The notes: generated from the letters alone by a model not told the origin. A stretch of DNA of 64,000 bases from Bacteriovoracaceae bacterium (GCA_965217035.1 OZ244226.1:2834146-2898145), one strand, 5' to 3'. Positions 20,391 to 28,906 are shown, numbered from the stretch's first letter. Numbers and translations are program-made.

Positions 20391-21804
20391 GAATACATCC
20401 AATCTTCTTATCGTGAGTTGGAGCACCTCCTCCTGTACTTTCTCCACTTACAAGTTGATAAAGTTCTTGTCCTGTCCTTTGGATATGAGGATCAAATCCT
20501 GGTTGGGCAGGAGGGAAATAAAAATAAACGATCTGGTTTCTAACATTTTCTTCTGTTGGAAATTGTTTATTTAAAGAAGCATCGACATAAAACCAAATTC
20601 TTTTTAATTCTGATTCATTGATAAGAATATTATTTTCAGGGATCGTTATCGTCTCTCCAGAGTCAGGATCAATAAATTGTTGTTGATTTCTTCTCCCAAT
20701 ATAAATTCCTTCTGTTTCAGCACCAATCATAAAACCAAGTTCTCTGAAAAGTTGATCAGAGCTTGCATACTCTTCGTCTCCAGGGCAATAAGACCTTAAA
20801 GGATAAAGAGGATGAGTTTCAGAATGAATAAAAGGAACTAACATAAAACCTAAAGGTTGTTGTTCAGGATCTTCTCCAGCATTGTCTGGTTGCGCTTGAG
20901 GAGGCTCTCTGTTCCAACTTAAAGATTGAAAGACCTCTACTTCGGTAATACTTGTGTTATCGATAATTCTATCGTGAACATCAATATCACCGTCTCCATC
21001 ATTATCATAAAATCGCGGGTCGTTTGGACTCCACATCCTGAAAACATTAGGAACAAGGTTTCTTCTTGGAAGAAGAGGGGAATCAAAACTAACTCCAACA
21101 TGACAAGCAATTCCTTGGACTGCTGCAGGAATAGCAAGTGGAGGAGTTACTCCATAATAATATGTTTGTTCAAAATCATAGACGTTATTATCCGTCGGTT
21201 GAATCAAACAGCTATATTGGTTAATTGCAATTTGCTCTAGACTTCCTAAGCCTCCCGTATTTACACTTTCTTTTCTAACTTGAATGGAATTTGATGTGTT
21301 TCCAGAAACAGTTTCTATAAGACTTATAATATAAGTTTCATTTAAATTAAGAGCTTGAACATTGACACTGAAGTTTGGAGAACTTGGATTCAAATCAACA
21401 TCAAGTTGGGCAGTTTGTCCTTCAGCATTCTCGACTAAGAGTGAGCATTCTGGACTTGTAATTAAGATACCATTTTCAGTTCTTTCTCTTCGACACCAAT
21501 TATAGAGCGATCCAAGATCTGGATTGAGTTCTACCCCTGGTCCTAAAAAAGTATCAAGAAAAAGTGTATCTTCCGTAGTTGCAGGCTTTTCAGAGCAAAC
21601 AGAAAAACAATTGGGATTAATATTTGTTCGAGGTTGTCCTTGTCGGCAAATACAAGCCTTATCTGCTAGCAGTGTCACATCATGAGAACTGACGAATCCA
21701 CCACTTCCTATACTGCTATTTCCGGATCGATTGCTTGAAGCGACACAACTACAAAGCGTTACTAATACTGTTAGAATACAAAAATATTTCACTGTATACC
21801 TCAA
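20377..21804 (-). CDS. Cys-rich hypothetical lipoprotein
   Basis: Lipobox-like LCSC; 475-aa ORF; exact start uncertain. Confidence 0.7.
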   Translation of the reverse strand: MRYTVKYFCILTVLVTLCSCVASSNRSGNSSIGSGGFVSSHDVTLLADKACICRQGQPRTNINPNCFSVCSEKPATTEDTLFLDTFLGPGVELNPDLGSLYNWCRRERTENGILITSPECSLLVENAEGQTAQLDVDLNPSSPNFSVNVQALNLNETYIISLIETVSGNTSNSIQVRKESVNTGGLGSLEQIAINQYSCLIQPTDNNVYDFEQTYYYGVTPPLAIPAAVQGIACHVGVSFDSPLLPRRNLVPNVFRMWSPNDPRFYDNDGDGDIDVHDRIIDNTSITEVEVFQSLSWNREPPQAQPDNAGEDPEQQPLGFMLVPFIHSETHPLYPLRSYCPGDEEYASSDQLFRELGFMIGAETEGIYIGRRNQQQFIDPDSGETITIPENNILINESELKRIWFYVDASLNKQFPTEENVRNQIVYFYFPPAQPGFDPHIQRTGQELYQLVSGESTGGGAPTHDKKIGCIPKSP

Positions 21805-21833
21805 ACCCTATAAAAATTAAGAGCTTAACTACA

Positions 21834-21860
21834 TTATCGGTCAATATCGGATTTCCTTGA
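21834..21860 (-). promoter_or_regulatory. Putative sigma28 (FliA) promoter
   Basis: Minus strand TCAAG-N14-ACCGATAA. Confidence 0.6.
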
Positions 21861-22045
21861 TCAGATAATGAGCCTTTCCTGCAATTTCAATGCCTTAGAT
21901 AACCTAAAAAGGCTTTATTTTGGTTTGATTGTCGCCAATAATTGCTGGCAATTTTACTCAAATGGCAATTCATTCCGTGAGATATATGCTTAAATTTTTC
22001 CTTTATAATAATAGGTAGTTAGAGACTTTTAGGAGCAATAACGCA

Positions 22046-22351
22046 ATGACAAAAGCAGATCTTATTAACGCCCTTGAGAAGCAAGCGAAAATCGCTCATT
22101 CACACTCAGAGCGGATCGTTAATATCGTCTTTGATTGTATGATCCAGGCCCTCTATGATGACGAAAGAATCGAAATCAGAGGCTTTGGTTCCTTTGCCAA
22201 CCGTAACTATAAGGCCTATGAAGGGAGAAATCCTAAAACGGGTAAAGTAGTGAAGGTCGAGCCAAAAAAGGTTCCTTTCTTCAAAGTTGGAAAAGAGCTG
22301 AAAGAAATGGTTGATGAAGGCAAGGACAAATACATCATCAAAGATGCCTGA
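22046..22351 (+). CDS. ihfB: Integration host factor beta / HU-family DNA-binding protein
   Basis: MTKADLI, RIEIRGFGSF, GRNPKTG, VPFFK.GKELKE. Confidence 0.85.
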   Translation: MTKADLINALEKQAKIAHSHSERIVNIVFDCMIQALYDDERIEIRGFGSFANRNYKAYEGRNPKTGKVVKVEPKKVPFFKVGKELKEMVDEGKDKYIIKDA

Positions 22352-22364
22352 AACATCCTAGTAT

Positions 22365-22436
22365 CCAGCAAGATCAGGATAGATCGAGATGTGGTGTCGC
22401 TAAATGCGACTGCCGTAGCCAGGACGCGGAGGCAGC
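22365..22436 (+). ncRNA. Structured repeat copy 1 with CAGGA-loop hairpins (candidate CsrA-binding RNA element)
   Basis: Hairpins gatc-aggata-gatc, gtcgc-taaat-gcgac, tgcc..gc-caggac-gc..ggca; compensatory changes relative to copy 2. Confidence 0.5.
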
Positions 22437-22473
22437 TAAGAAGATCTTAAGTAAATTTATAGATAGTTCAGGC

Positions 22474-22502
22474 GAGACAAGTCCTTAAAATCATGTTACA
22501 TT
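22474..22502 (+). promoter_or_regulatory. Putative sigma70 extended -10 promoter before the tRNA-like chimera
   Basis: GAGACA-N17-TACATT with TG at extended position; similar CAGACA-N18-TATTTT (catgt-ta) precedes tRNA-Cys. Confidence 0.4.
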
Positions 22503-22515
22503 TTCAGCTTGTTAT

Positions 22516-22626
22516 AAAGACGTGCCCGAGTGGCATTGAGACCAGGATGGTCGAGATGGGGTCATGCTAAATGCATGTACCGGAGCAGGATGCGGAGGTA
22601 ACTCATGGGAACAGTGTAACTGTTCC
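22516..22626 (+). ncRNA. Duplicated tRNA-Cys 5' half with structured repeat copy 2 inserted in the D-loop
   Basis: 22518-22533 identical to tRNA 22673-22688; 22607-22615 identical to 22694-22702; ACAGT/ACTGT stem kept; ~70-nt insert with CAGGATG loops. Confidence 0.6.
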
Positions 22627-22670
22627 AGACAGAGAGTTTGCTTCCATGTTATTTTAAATTTCTTATCTTT

Positions 22671-22748
22671 GGAGACGTGCCCGAGTGGTCCAAGGGAACA
22701 GTTTGCAAAACTGTAAAGCCGCCGGTTCAAATCCGGCCGTCTCCTCCA
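22671..22748 (+). tRNA. tRNA-Cys (GCA)
   Basis: Acceptor GGAGACG/CGTCTCC, anticodon stem ACAGT-TTGCAAA-ACTGT, T arm GCCGG-TTCAAAT-CCGGC, U discriminator, encoded CCA. Confidence 0.96.
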
Positions 22749-22780
22749 TCGAAATCAAAAAAATTTGAATGTCCGACTCT

Positions 22781-24116
22781 GACTCTACACACTTCATGGT
22801 GGAACACACCGCACTCAATCCCTTAAGAACAGGCATAAAGAACTTTTAACCGGTAGTTTATAAAGCTCTTATATCCGTAAGCACGCCTCTGCAGCTGCTT
22901 GCAGACATTGTTAAACCCCTCGGTTCTAGCATTGGTCAAGCGATTTTCAAAGTAGTTAAGAATCTCTTCACGCCAGTTCATGAGCGTTCTTCTGAGCTTT
23001 TTAAGCTCAGGAATTGAACTAAGGGCAAGAGAGTCTGTGAGGTTTTGCAGACTCTTTCTTGCACGCTTAACTCCTTTACAACCATAAAACTTATGAATCG
23101 ATTCTTTCACCCAGTAAATCTCATTAAGTTCTGGGTACTTTTTTAGCTCTTTTTGGAACTGTATTCTAGTCCAGTAATCCATCTTCTTGGAGTCCATGAG
23201 CAAAAACTTTCTAAGCTTTAATTTTTTACTTTTAAATTCTTTGTTTCGATAAAGATCAAGAATACGATTAGGAAGTCTAATAACGTGGAACTTATCGGCT
23301 ATAATTCTCGCTCTTGGAAAAAAGTCTCTGGCAAAACTGCGGTAAGTTGTTGAGAGATCCATGGTAATGTTTCTGACGTTTTCTCTTCCAGGGATATAAG
23401 CGAGAGCTTGCTTTAACTGCAATGATGTTCTGGTGGGAATTAACTCTTTAGCTTTTTTGTTATTGTGATCGACAATCAAAGTGACAAACTCTCGTCTACT
23501 GTACTGTTTATTACGTATGAAGCTATGCTCATCGATTCCAATACTTCGTGGCCATGGATTGTTTTTCTTTTTTCTCCATTCAAGTTCTAGTTGTCTGTAA
23601 TGTCTTTCATAGATCGTTTTATTACCAAGTTTAAGATGCTTCCTGGCAGCTTTCATGTTGGCAAATTTATCGCAAATGTAGAGAAGGTTTCGTTGCAGGC
23701 GCTCAGTAATTCGAGCATGTTTACTAATCCCTGGGATAGTTTCAGTAGTTACTTTTTTACATCCACAGCATCTAAATCGCTTCTTTTTGATTTTGAGAAT
23801 TTTAACTTTTCCGACATAGGGAGCATCTTTAATGATAACAGTCCTTCGATCATGAACTTTTGAGCATTCTAGTCCACAGTGAGGGCACCATAGAGATTTG
23901 CTCTTGGACTCACAAATAAAGATGATTTCTTTCTTGAATTGAGCGAATCTTACTAATTTTAGTTTCGGTAACAGAAGAAATTGAGTAAGTTTTGAGTTGG
24001 GCATAAGTGTTCTCCAGTTAAAATTTTGAGTGGTATTAAAATTCTAACCGGTTGAATTTCTTATGCCTGCTTATTTAGAATTGATGCGGCGAGTACACCT
24101 TGAAGTGTGAAGACCG
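22781..24116 (-). mobile_element. ISL3-family insertion sequence, apparently intact
   Basis: Imperfect terminal IRs GACTCTACACACTTCATGGTG / CACCTTGAAGTGTGAAGACCG around a transposase; no clear target duplication. Confidence 0.85.
22823..24004 (-). CDS. ISL3-family DDE transposase
   Basis: CPHC..C..C zinc finger, IGIDE, TMDLS, ADKFHV, TNARTEGFN, RRAYGY. Confidence 0.95.
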   Translation of the reverse strand: MPNSKLTQFLLLPKLKLVRFAQFKKEIIFICESKSKSLWCPHCGLECSKVHDRRTVIIKDAPYVGKVKILKIKKKRFRCCGCKKVTTETIPGISKHARITERLQRNLLYICDKFANMKAARKHLKLGNKTIYERHYRQLELEWRKKKNNPWPRSIGIDEHSFIRNKQYSRREFVTLIVDHNNKKAKELIPTRTSLQLKQALAYIPGRENVRNITMDLSTTYRSFARDFFPRARIIADKFHVIRLPNRILDLYRNKEFKSKKLKLRKFLLMDSKKMDYWTRIQFQKELKKYPELNEIYWVKESIHKFYGCKGVKRARKSLQNLTDSLALSSIPELKKLRRTLMNWREEILNYFENRLTNARTEGFNNVCKQLQRRAYGYKSFINYRLKVLYACS

Positions 24117-24355
24117 TAATGGTGGGGCATATCTCAACAACCCGATAGACATTGACCTTTGTGGATTCAACCTCGCTAGTTTTTAATCTCGATCAATGTA
24201 AGTAACTAATATTTTACCTCGATTTTTGATTTTTAGATACACTCCTCCACCGAAGTGATTTTCACTCCTCGTTTCGATCAAATGATCAATTTTAGCACCG
24301 TCTTATCGGCAATGATAAAGAAGCTTCAGTCTGTAGTTTTTGAAGCTTCTAAATT

Positions 24356-24374
24356 AGCTACGCTTCCCTTCGGG
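24356..24374 (+). repeat. 19-nt insertion AGCTACGCTTCCCTTCGGG, copy A
   Basis: Interrupts the AY.FRSF C-terminal motif; exact reverse complement at 24809-24827. Confidence 0.85.
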
Positions 24375-24808
24375 CATACGCACATCTTTGAATCAACAAT
24401 CCCAAAGCAGTTATATCCTTCAGTTCTTCCGTTATTTAATTTGTTGGTTGAGAAGTAATTTTATATCTCATTCTTCCATTTAAGAAGTGTTCGTCTGAAG
24501 CTTAAGACTTTCTTCTACTTCGAGTGTGCCATATCGTCAGTCAAAGATAGCAATGCTTTCTTTGCTCGATCATAACCCTTCGTTTTATAAACTCGATAAA
24601 GTCTTTGCTGGAAGTGATAAACTTCTCTAAGTTCATCATTGAGCTCTAAGAATTTATCAACAGCTCTTCTCGTAAAGTAATCCATTTTCTTTCGATACTT
24701 GTAGATAAGTTTGTTGATTGGGTTTTTTCTCGATTTATTGAGCATATACATCTCAACAGTTTCACGGCGAAGCTCATTAAGGTAGGGATGCATGAGTTTT
24801 ACCACGTG

Positions 24809-24827
24809 CCCGAAGGGAAGCGTAGCT
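24809..24827 (-). repeat. 19-nt insertion AGCTACGCTTCCCTTCGGG, copy B
   Basis: Removing it restores GAC AAG TTT CAC GTG (DKFHV). Confidence 0.9.
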
Positions 24828-25667
24828 AAACTTGTCTGCGATTAACCTTGCATTTGGAAAAAAGTCTTGAGCAAAAGTTCTAAACGTTGGTGAGAGATCA
24901 ACGATAACGTTTTTCACATTTTCTCGACCAGGAATTTGAGCGATATGAGAATGTTTCAAATCATTCAGAGACTTGCCTAAAACCACTTCTTTCATACGCT
25001 TATTAGTATAATCGATAAACACGCTAACAAACTCTCTTTTAGGTCCTTTGACGTTTCTTTGGAATGAATGTTCATCAATGCCAATAGTCTTTGGCCAGGG
25101 ATTTTGTGACTTTCGAAGCTCGAGTTCAATTTGCTGGTAAAAAGCTTTGTATATGGTGGCATTAGAAAAACAGAGTGTTTGCTTCACTGTTTTCAAGTTC
25201 ATAAATTTGGAAGCACAATAACGGATGTGAGCTCTCATTCTTTGAGTAGTTCTGAATCCTTTATTAATTCCACCAACTGGTTCAGTAAAAACTTTTCGGC
25301 AGTCTTTGTTCGAACACCTAAAGCGACGCTTCTTGATGACAAGTGTGACGAACTTGTTTCGAATGGGTTGATCTCTTGGAGTGACAAAGCGGTGATCATA
25401 AACACTCGAAGTCTTGGAAGCACAATGAGGACATACTTCAAACTTTGATGTTTTCTCACACTCAATGTAGCGAGTTTTCTTGACCCAGGTTTCTTTAACG
25501 AAGCGCAGATCGGGAAGTAATAAAGATTGTGTTACGTTTTTCTCTGACATGAGTTTTCTCCTTAAATTAAAATTTTGTTTTGCAATTAAATTCTAACTAA
25601 GTTGAAGCTCATGTCTTTTTCAAGTTGATTTGTTTAGGAAAGACCCACTATTAAGCGTGAAGACCGT

Positions 25668-26054
25668 TTAAAAAATAGTGAAATTAATGCTTGGAGTTTT
25701 GGTAATAATCCTGAAATAGCCGATAATTTGGCAAACCTCGTTCTGGAAGGCAAGAAAGCAGCAACATACAGTTTACTACGAACATATCAAGGATATGAGG
25801 ATGAAATCCCTCAAGTTGGTGTTTACAGTCTTATATATGATGAAAGTAATAAACCAAAATGTATTGTGTTTTATACTGATACATTTATTTGTAAATTCAA
25901 TGAAGTAGCAGAGACACACGCATATGAGGAAGGCGAAGGCGATAGATCTTTAGGGCATTGGAGAAAGGTTCATCGTGAGTTCTTTTCAGAGTTTGGGAGC
26001 TTTGAAGAGGATGAGAAGTTGCTTTGCGAAAGATTTGAAGTTGTTTATAAGTGA
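25668..26054 (+). pseudogene. ASCH-domain gene, 5'-truncated at the ISL3 end
   Basis: Frame is open upstream of the called TTG (LKNSEINAWSFGNNPEIADNLANLVLEGKKAAT) up to the IS end; EGEGDRSL..WR..H motif. Confidence 0.75.
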
Positions 26055-26187
26055 GATATAAATAATAATCACCTTCGTTTTAATTTTAATTATTTCACTT
26101 GATATTAGTTATTCTATCTGTATTTTGTTTACATAAAAAAAGAAGGTTGGTAGCGTTCACTAAGTTATTCGCAATTAGAGGTTATTT

Positions 26188-26994
26188 ATGAATGTAAAAA
26201 GTCTAGGTTATAGAAGCGATTTTATCTTTAACAATTTCGATGGATCAGTTGAAGACAAGGGCGATTACTTTGTAGCAAGAACTGCTAGCAATCCAAATTA
26301 TTTTTGGGGCAATCTCCTTCTGTATAAAAAACCACCTCAAAAAGGTGATTTAGATCGTTGGAAGTCTGACTTTAAAAAAGAGTTTAAAGACCGAAGTATA
26401 TATCACATGACGTTAGCCTGGGATTCTCCCACTGGAGAAGAAGGTTCGGCTCAAGATTTTATAGATGATGGATTTGAATTAGATACAAGTATTGTTCTAT
26501 CGACTAGTGACGTGAATGTACCACCGAAATTTAATCAAGATATTGATCTTAAGGTTATTTCTACCAAGAGTGATTTTGAAGAGTGTATTCAAGTTCAACT
26601 CTCTTGTGCAAATGATGAGATGTCTTTAGAGTCTTGGGAAGTATTTTATAGAAAAACAATGAGTAAATATCAAGATATGATATCAGCAGAAAGAGGTTTG
26701 TGGTTCGGAGCAACTCTTGATGGTAAGATGGTAGGTTCTCTTGGATTATTTACTGACGGTGAGGTCGGAAGATATCAGATCGTAAGTACTCGCAAAGAAT
26801 TTCAACGAAAAGGAGTATGTAGCACCTTAGTTTATAAGAGTGCTCAATATGCTCTTGAAAAGATGGGAGTCAAAACTTTAGTGATGGTCGCTGATGAAGA
26901 ATATCACGCTGCTAAAATATATGAGTCGGTTGGCTTCTTACCGACTGAAAAACAAATTGGTTTATGTTGGTGGGACAAAAAAAGACATCGTTGA
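26188..26994 (+). CDS. GNAT-family N-acetyltransferase
   Basis: C-terminal acetyl-CoA motif FQRKGVCS, A.KIYESVGF; RBS GAGG. Confidence 0.85.
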   Translation: MNVKSLGYRSDFIFNNFDGSVEDKGDYFVARTASNPNYFWGNLLLYKKPPQKGDLDRWKSDFKKEFKDRSIYHMTLAWDSPTGEEGSAQDFIDDGFELDTSIVLSTSDVNVPPKFNQDIDLKVISTKSDFEECIQVQLSCANDEMSLESWEVFYRKTMSKYQDMISAERGLWFGATLDGKMVGSLGLFTDGEVGRYQIVSTRKEFQRKGVCSTLVYKSAQYALEKMGVKTLVMVADEEYHAAKIYESVGFLPTEKQIGLCWWDKKRHR

Positions 26995-27041
26995 AATAAT
27001 CACTCGACAAAACCTTTCAAGTAAAGCTATGAGAAGAGAGG

Positions 27042-27123
27042 CAATCTGACCGTTCTTGAGTGCTCGAAATCACATCCCGATATTGAGGACCTAGTCCGCC
27101 TGAGTGGTTTACTGTCAGATGAG
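27042..27123 (+). repeat. ~82-bp imperfect direct repeat, copy 1
   Basis: caatctgaccgttcttgagtgctcgaaatcac..ccgatattgag..agtgg..actgtc, matches 27555-27639. Confidence 0.75.
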
Positions 27124-27290
27124 TGTTATTTAACCTTCAGTTAATTAGAAAAAGTTACTTTCTATTAGCATTTAGTTGTATAACGTTAGCTTATTAGGTA
27201 TGCCTTTTGCAAAATATTAAAGCTGAGAGTTTCTAAATAAGGAGCGCTCTAAAAAATTATGTTTATGAATACAAAAAATAGGAGATAAAT

Positions 27291-27551
27291 ATGAAAAAAT
27301 CATTGATTGGATTATTAGTATTAGGAAGTATTTCAGCGTTTGCCGGAGAATGCACAATGCTCCTTTTTGAAAATGGTAGTCTAGGGGCTCCGGTAACTGG
27401 TCAATCTAGTTTAAAAAAGTGTTTAAAAACAGCAGCTGTGCTACTAGAGAATAACCAAGCTAAGAAAAACCCTACAGTGGTAGTATCCCACTCTGATTTA
27501 GAGAATGAGCTTTATATTAGACTGAGAGATGGCTTGGTTGTAGAACGCTAA
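27291..27551 (+). CDS. Small exported hypothetical protein
   Basis: RBS AGGAG, signal MKKSLIGLLVLGSISAFA. Confidence 0.75.
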   Translation: MKKSLIGLLVLGSISAFAGECTMLLFENGSLGAPVTGQSSLKKCLKTAAVLLENNQAKKNPTVVVSHSDLENELYIRLRDGLVVER

Positions 27552-27554
27552 GAA

Positions 27555-27639
27555 CAATCTGACCGTTCTTAAGTACTGGAAATCACGAATTCCGATATTG
27601 AGAAACTCCCCCCATTTAAGTGGCTCACTGTCGAACGAG
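27555..27639 (+). repeat. ~85-bp imperfect direct repeat, copy 2
   Basis: caatctgaccgttcttaagtactggaaatcac..ccgatattgag..agtgg..actgtc. Confidence 0.75.
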
Positions 27640-27779
27640 CCCTATACCAGTAACTATATTTTTGACAAGTATATGACTGTCTATTTCATTTACAGATAAA
27701 AAATACAACTCTTCTATCGAAAAACCTCATTAAGCATTAGACTTTAAAAGTTAATTTAAATTCAGATGGAGATTTAAGC

Positions 27780-28361
27780 ATGAAAAAACTACTTTTAGGA
27801 TTATTTTTTCTAGGAAGCGTTACAACTTTTGCTCAGCAAGTTTCATCTTTAGGATTTAATAAAAAGGAAGTAACACTTGATTTAAATGGAGAAGTATCGA
27901 ATGCTTTGACTATAAATAAATCTGATCTTGAATATGGGAGATTATCTATATATGCAAACAAGGCGTCTTTTTCTCAACTTATTCATATATATTCACATGA
28001 AGGATTCTCTATGGGGTATCCAGCTTGGGAAATGACTACAAAAGAAAGCTCGTCTGAGGCTTTTCAGCTCGATTATCGACATATCGAACTAACTGATGAG
28101 GTTGAAGAAATTATTTTAGATATTTGGTCTTTACAGAAGGGCCTCACCAGAGATCCTGAAGGAGAGATAAAAGATCTTTCAGAGATTCAAGATTTCGAAT
28201 TAGTAGTAACTTTTGAAAGTGAAAAAGTTGGACCTTTTTTGCCAGTCGACATGATTAAACCTTTTTACTATTCATTTAAACTTAATCTAGAAACAAACGA
28301 CATTGACCAAGTAGACTCTATTGGGAAATTAAGAGTACCTATTAAGATTTTGAATAAATAA
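27780..28361 (+). CDS. Exported hypothetical protein
   Basis: Signal MKKLLLGLFFLGSVTTFA, RBS GGAG. Confidence 0.75.
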   Translation: MKKLLLGLFFLGSVTTFAQQVSSLGFNKKEVTLDLNGEVSNALTINKSDLEYGRLSIYANKASFSQLIHIYSHEGFSMGYPAWEMTTKESSSEAFQLDYRHIELTDEVEEIILDIWSLQKGLTRDPEGEIKDLSEIQDFELVVTFESEKVGPFLPVDMIKPFYYSFKLNLETNDIDQVDSIGKLRVPIKILNK

Positions 28362-28391
28362 ATTATTAAAATAATTTTTTATATATATGCC

Positions 28392-28428
28392 AAAGGCTAG
28401 CACTTAAAATGTTAGTCTTTTCTTTTTA
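28392..28428 (+). terminator. Putative intrinsic terminator
   Basis: aaaggctagca-cttaaaa-tgttagtcttt followed by a T-rich run. Confidence 0.5.
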
Positions 28429-28590
28429 GGCTAAAATGTTTTGCTCAAAAAGATTAAAGCTTCAATCTTGACTAAATTCTTGGGTTGAAAGAAGAGGGAC
28501 ATTATCACGATTATTTGAAATCAGATTGAGTTTTTAAGTCATTTGATTTGTATATTTCTATTAATTTCTTCTTTGACTTTTATTTGGATA

Positions 28591-28766
28591 TGGAAATCTC
28601 CCCATTTAAGTAGAGTCGTGCTTTTCCTATTAACTTTATATCATTTCCATTGTCACTGTCGAAAACTCCGTCCGGAAAATCTCTGTTCATCCCGTCACTT
28701 TACCAAATTGGAAAAAAATATGGGGGTTTGAAGATCACTCAAGCGAAAAGACTCAAAGAACTCAAA
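28591..28766 (+). mobile_element. IS3-family remnant (IR-like end plus OrfA fragment)
   Basis: TGGAAATCTCCCCATTTAAGTAGAG followed by frameshifted TVENSVRKISVHPVT..W..KYGGLKITQAKRLKEL. Confidence 0.65.
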
Positions 28767-28906
28767 AATTTGTAATTACTCCAATAGTGGCGAAGGTAGG
28801 ATGCGGAAGCATATAATTAAATCCAATGGTCTATTCTAAGAATAGTGATTGATTCAACATCATTTTTTCATTTATTTGAAAGGACAAATTTAGTTTTTTT
28901 GAGCTT

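Larger units (their letters stand above)
24303..25550 (-). pseudogene. ISL3-family transposase pseudogene
   Basis: CPHC, GIDE, VDLS, DKF|HV, GRTEGYN, QRCAY..RSFKNYRLKLL split by two 19-nt insertions, two in-frame stops and a 1-nt frameshift. Confidence 0.88.
24303..25666 (-). mobile_element. Second, decayed ISL3 element (downstream end not identified)
   Basis: Upstream end CCCACTATTAAGCGTGAAGACCG shares GTGAAGACCG with the first element. Confidence 0.75.

Noticed and set aside
22516..22626. Intron-containing or permuted functional tRNA (GTA anticodon)
   Set aside because: The loop is only 3 nt and there is no T arm or 3' acceptor strand, so it cannot form a tRNA; kept only as a tRNA-derived chimera.
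22512..22826. Short ORFs 22512-22730 (-) and 22638-22826 (+)
   Set aside because: They overlap the tRNA and structured repeat; spurious.
24242..24258. CTCCTCCACCGAAGTGA resembling the tRNA-Cys 3' end plus flank (CTCCTCCATCGAAATCA) as an att site
   Set aside because: Only 14 of 17 nt match, the T arm is missing and no integrase is present; could be chance.
24375..24808. Invertible segment between the two 23-bp inverted repeats
   Set aside because: The enclosed DNA reads in the same orientation as the rest of the transposase and no invertase is nearby; two independent insertions explain it better.
27042..27639. Integron attC sites or CRISPR repeats
   Set aside because: No RYYYAAC/GTTRRRY box pair, only two divergent copies ~510 bp apart, and no intI or cas genes.
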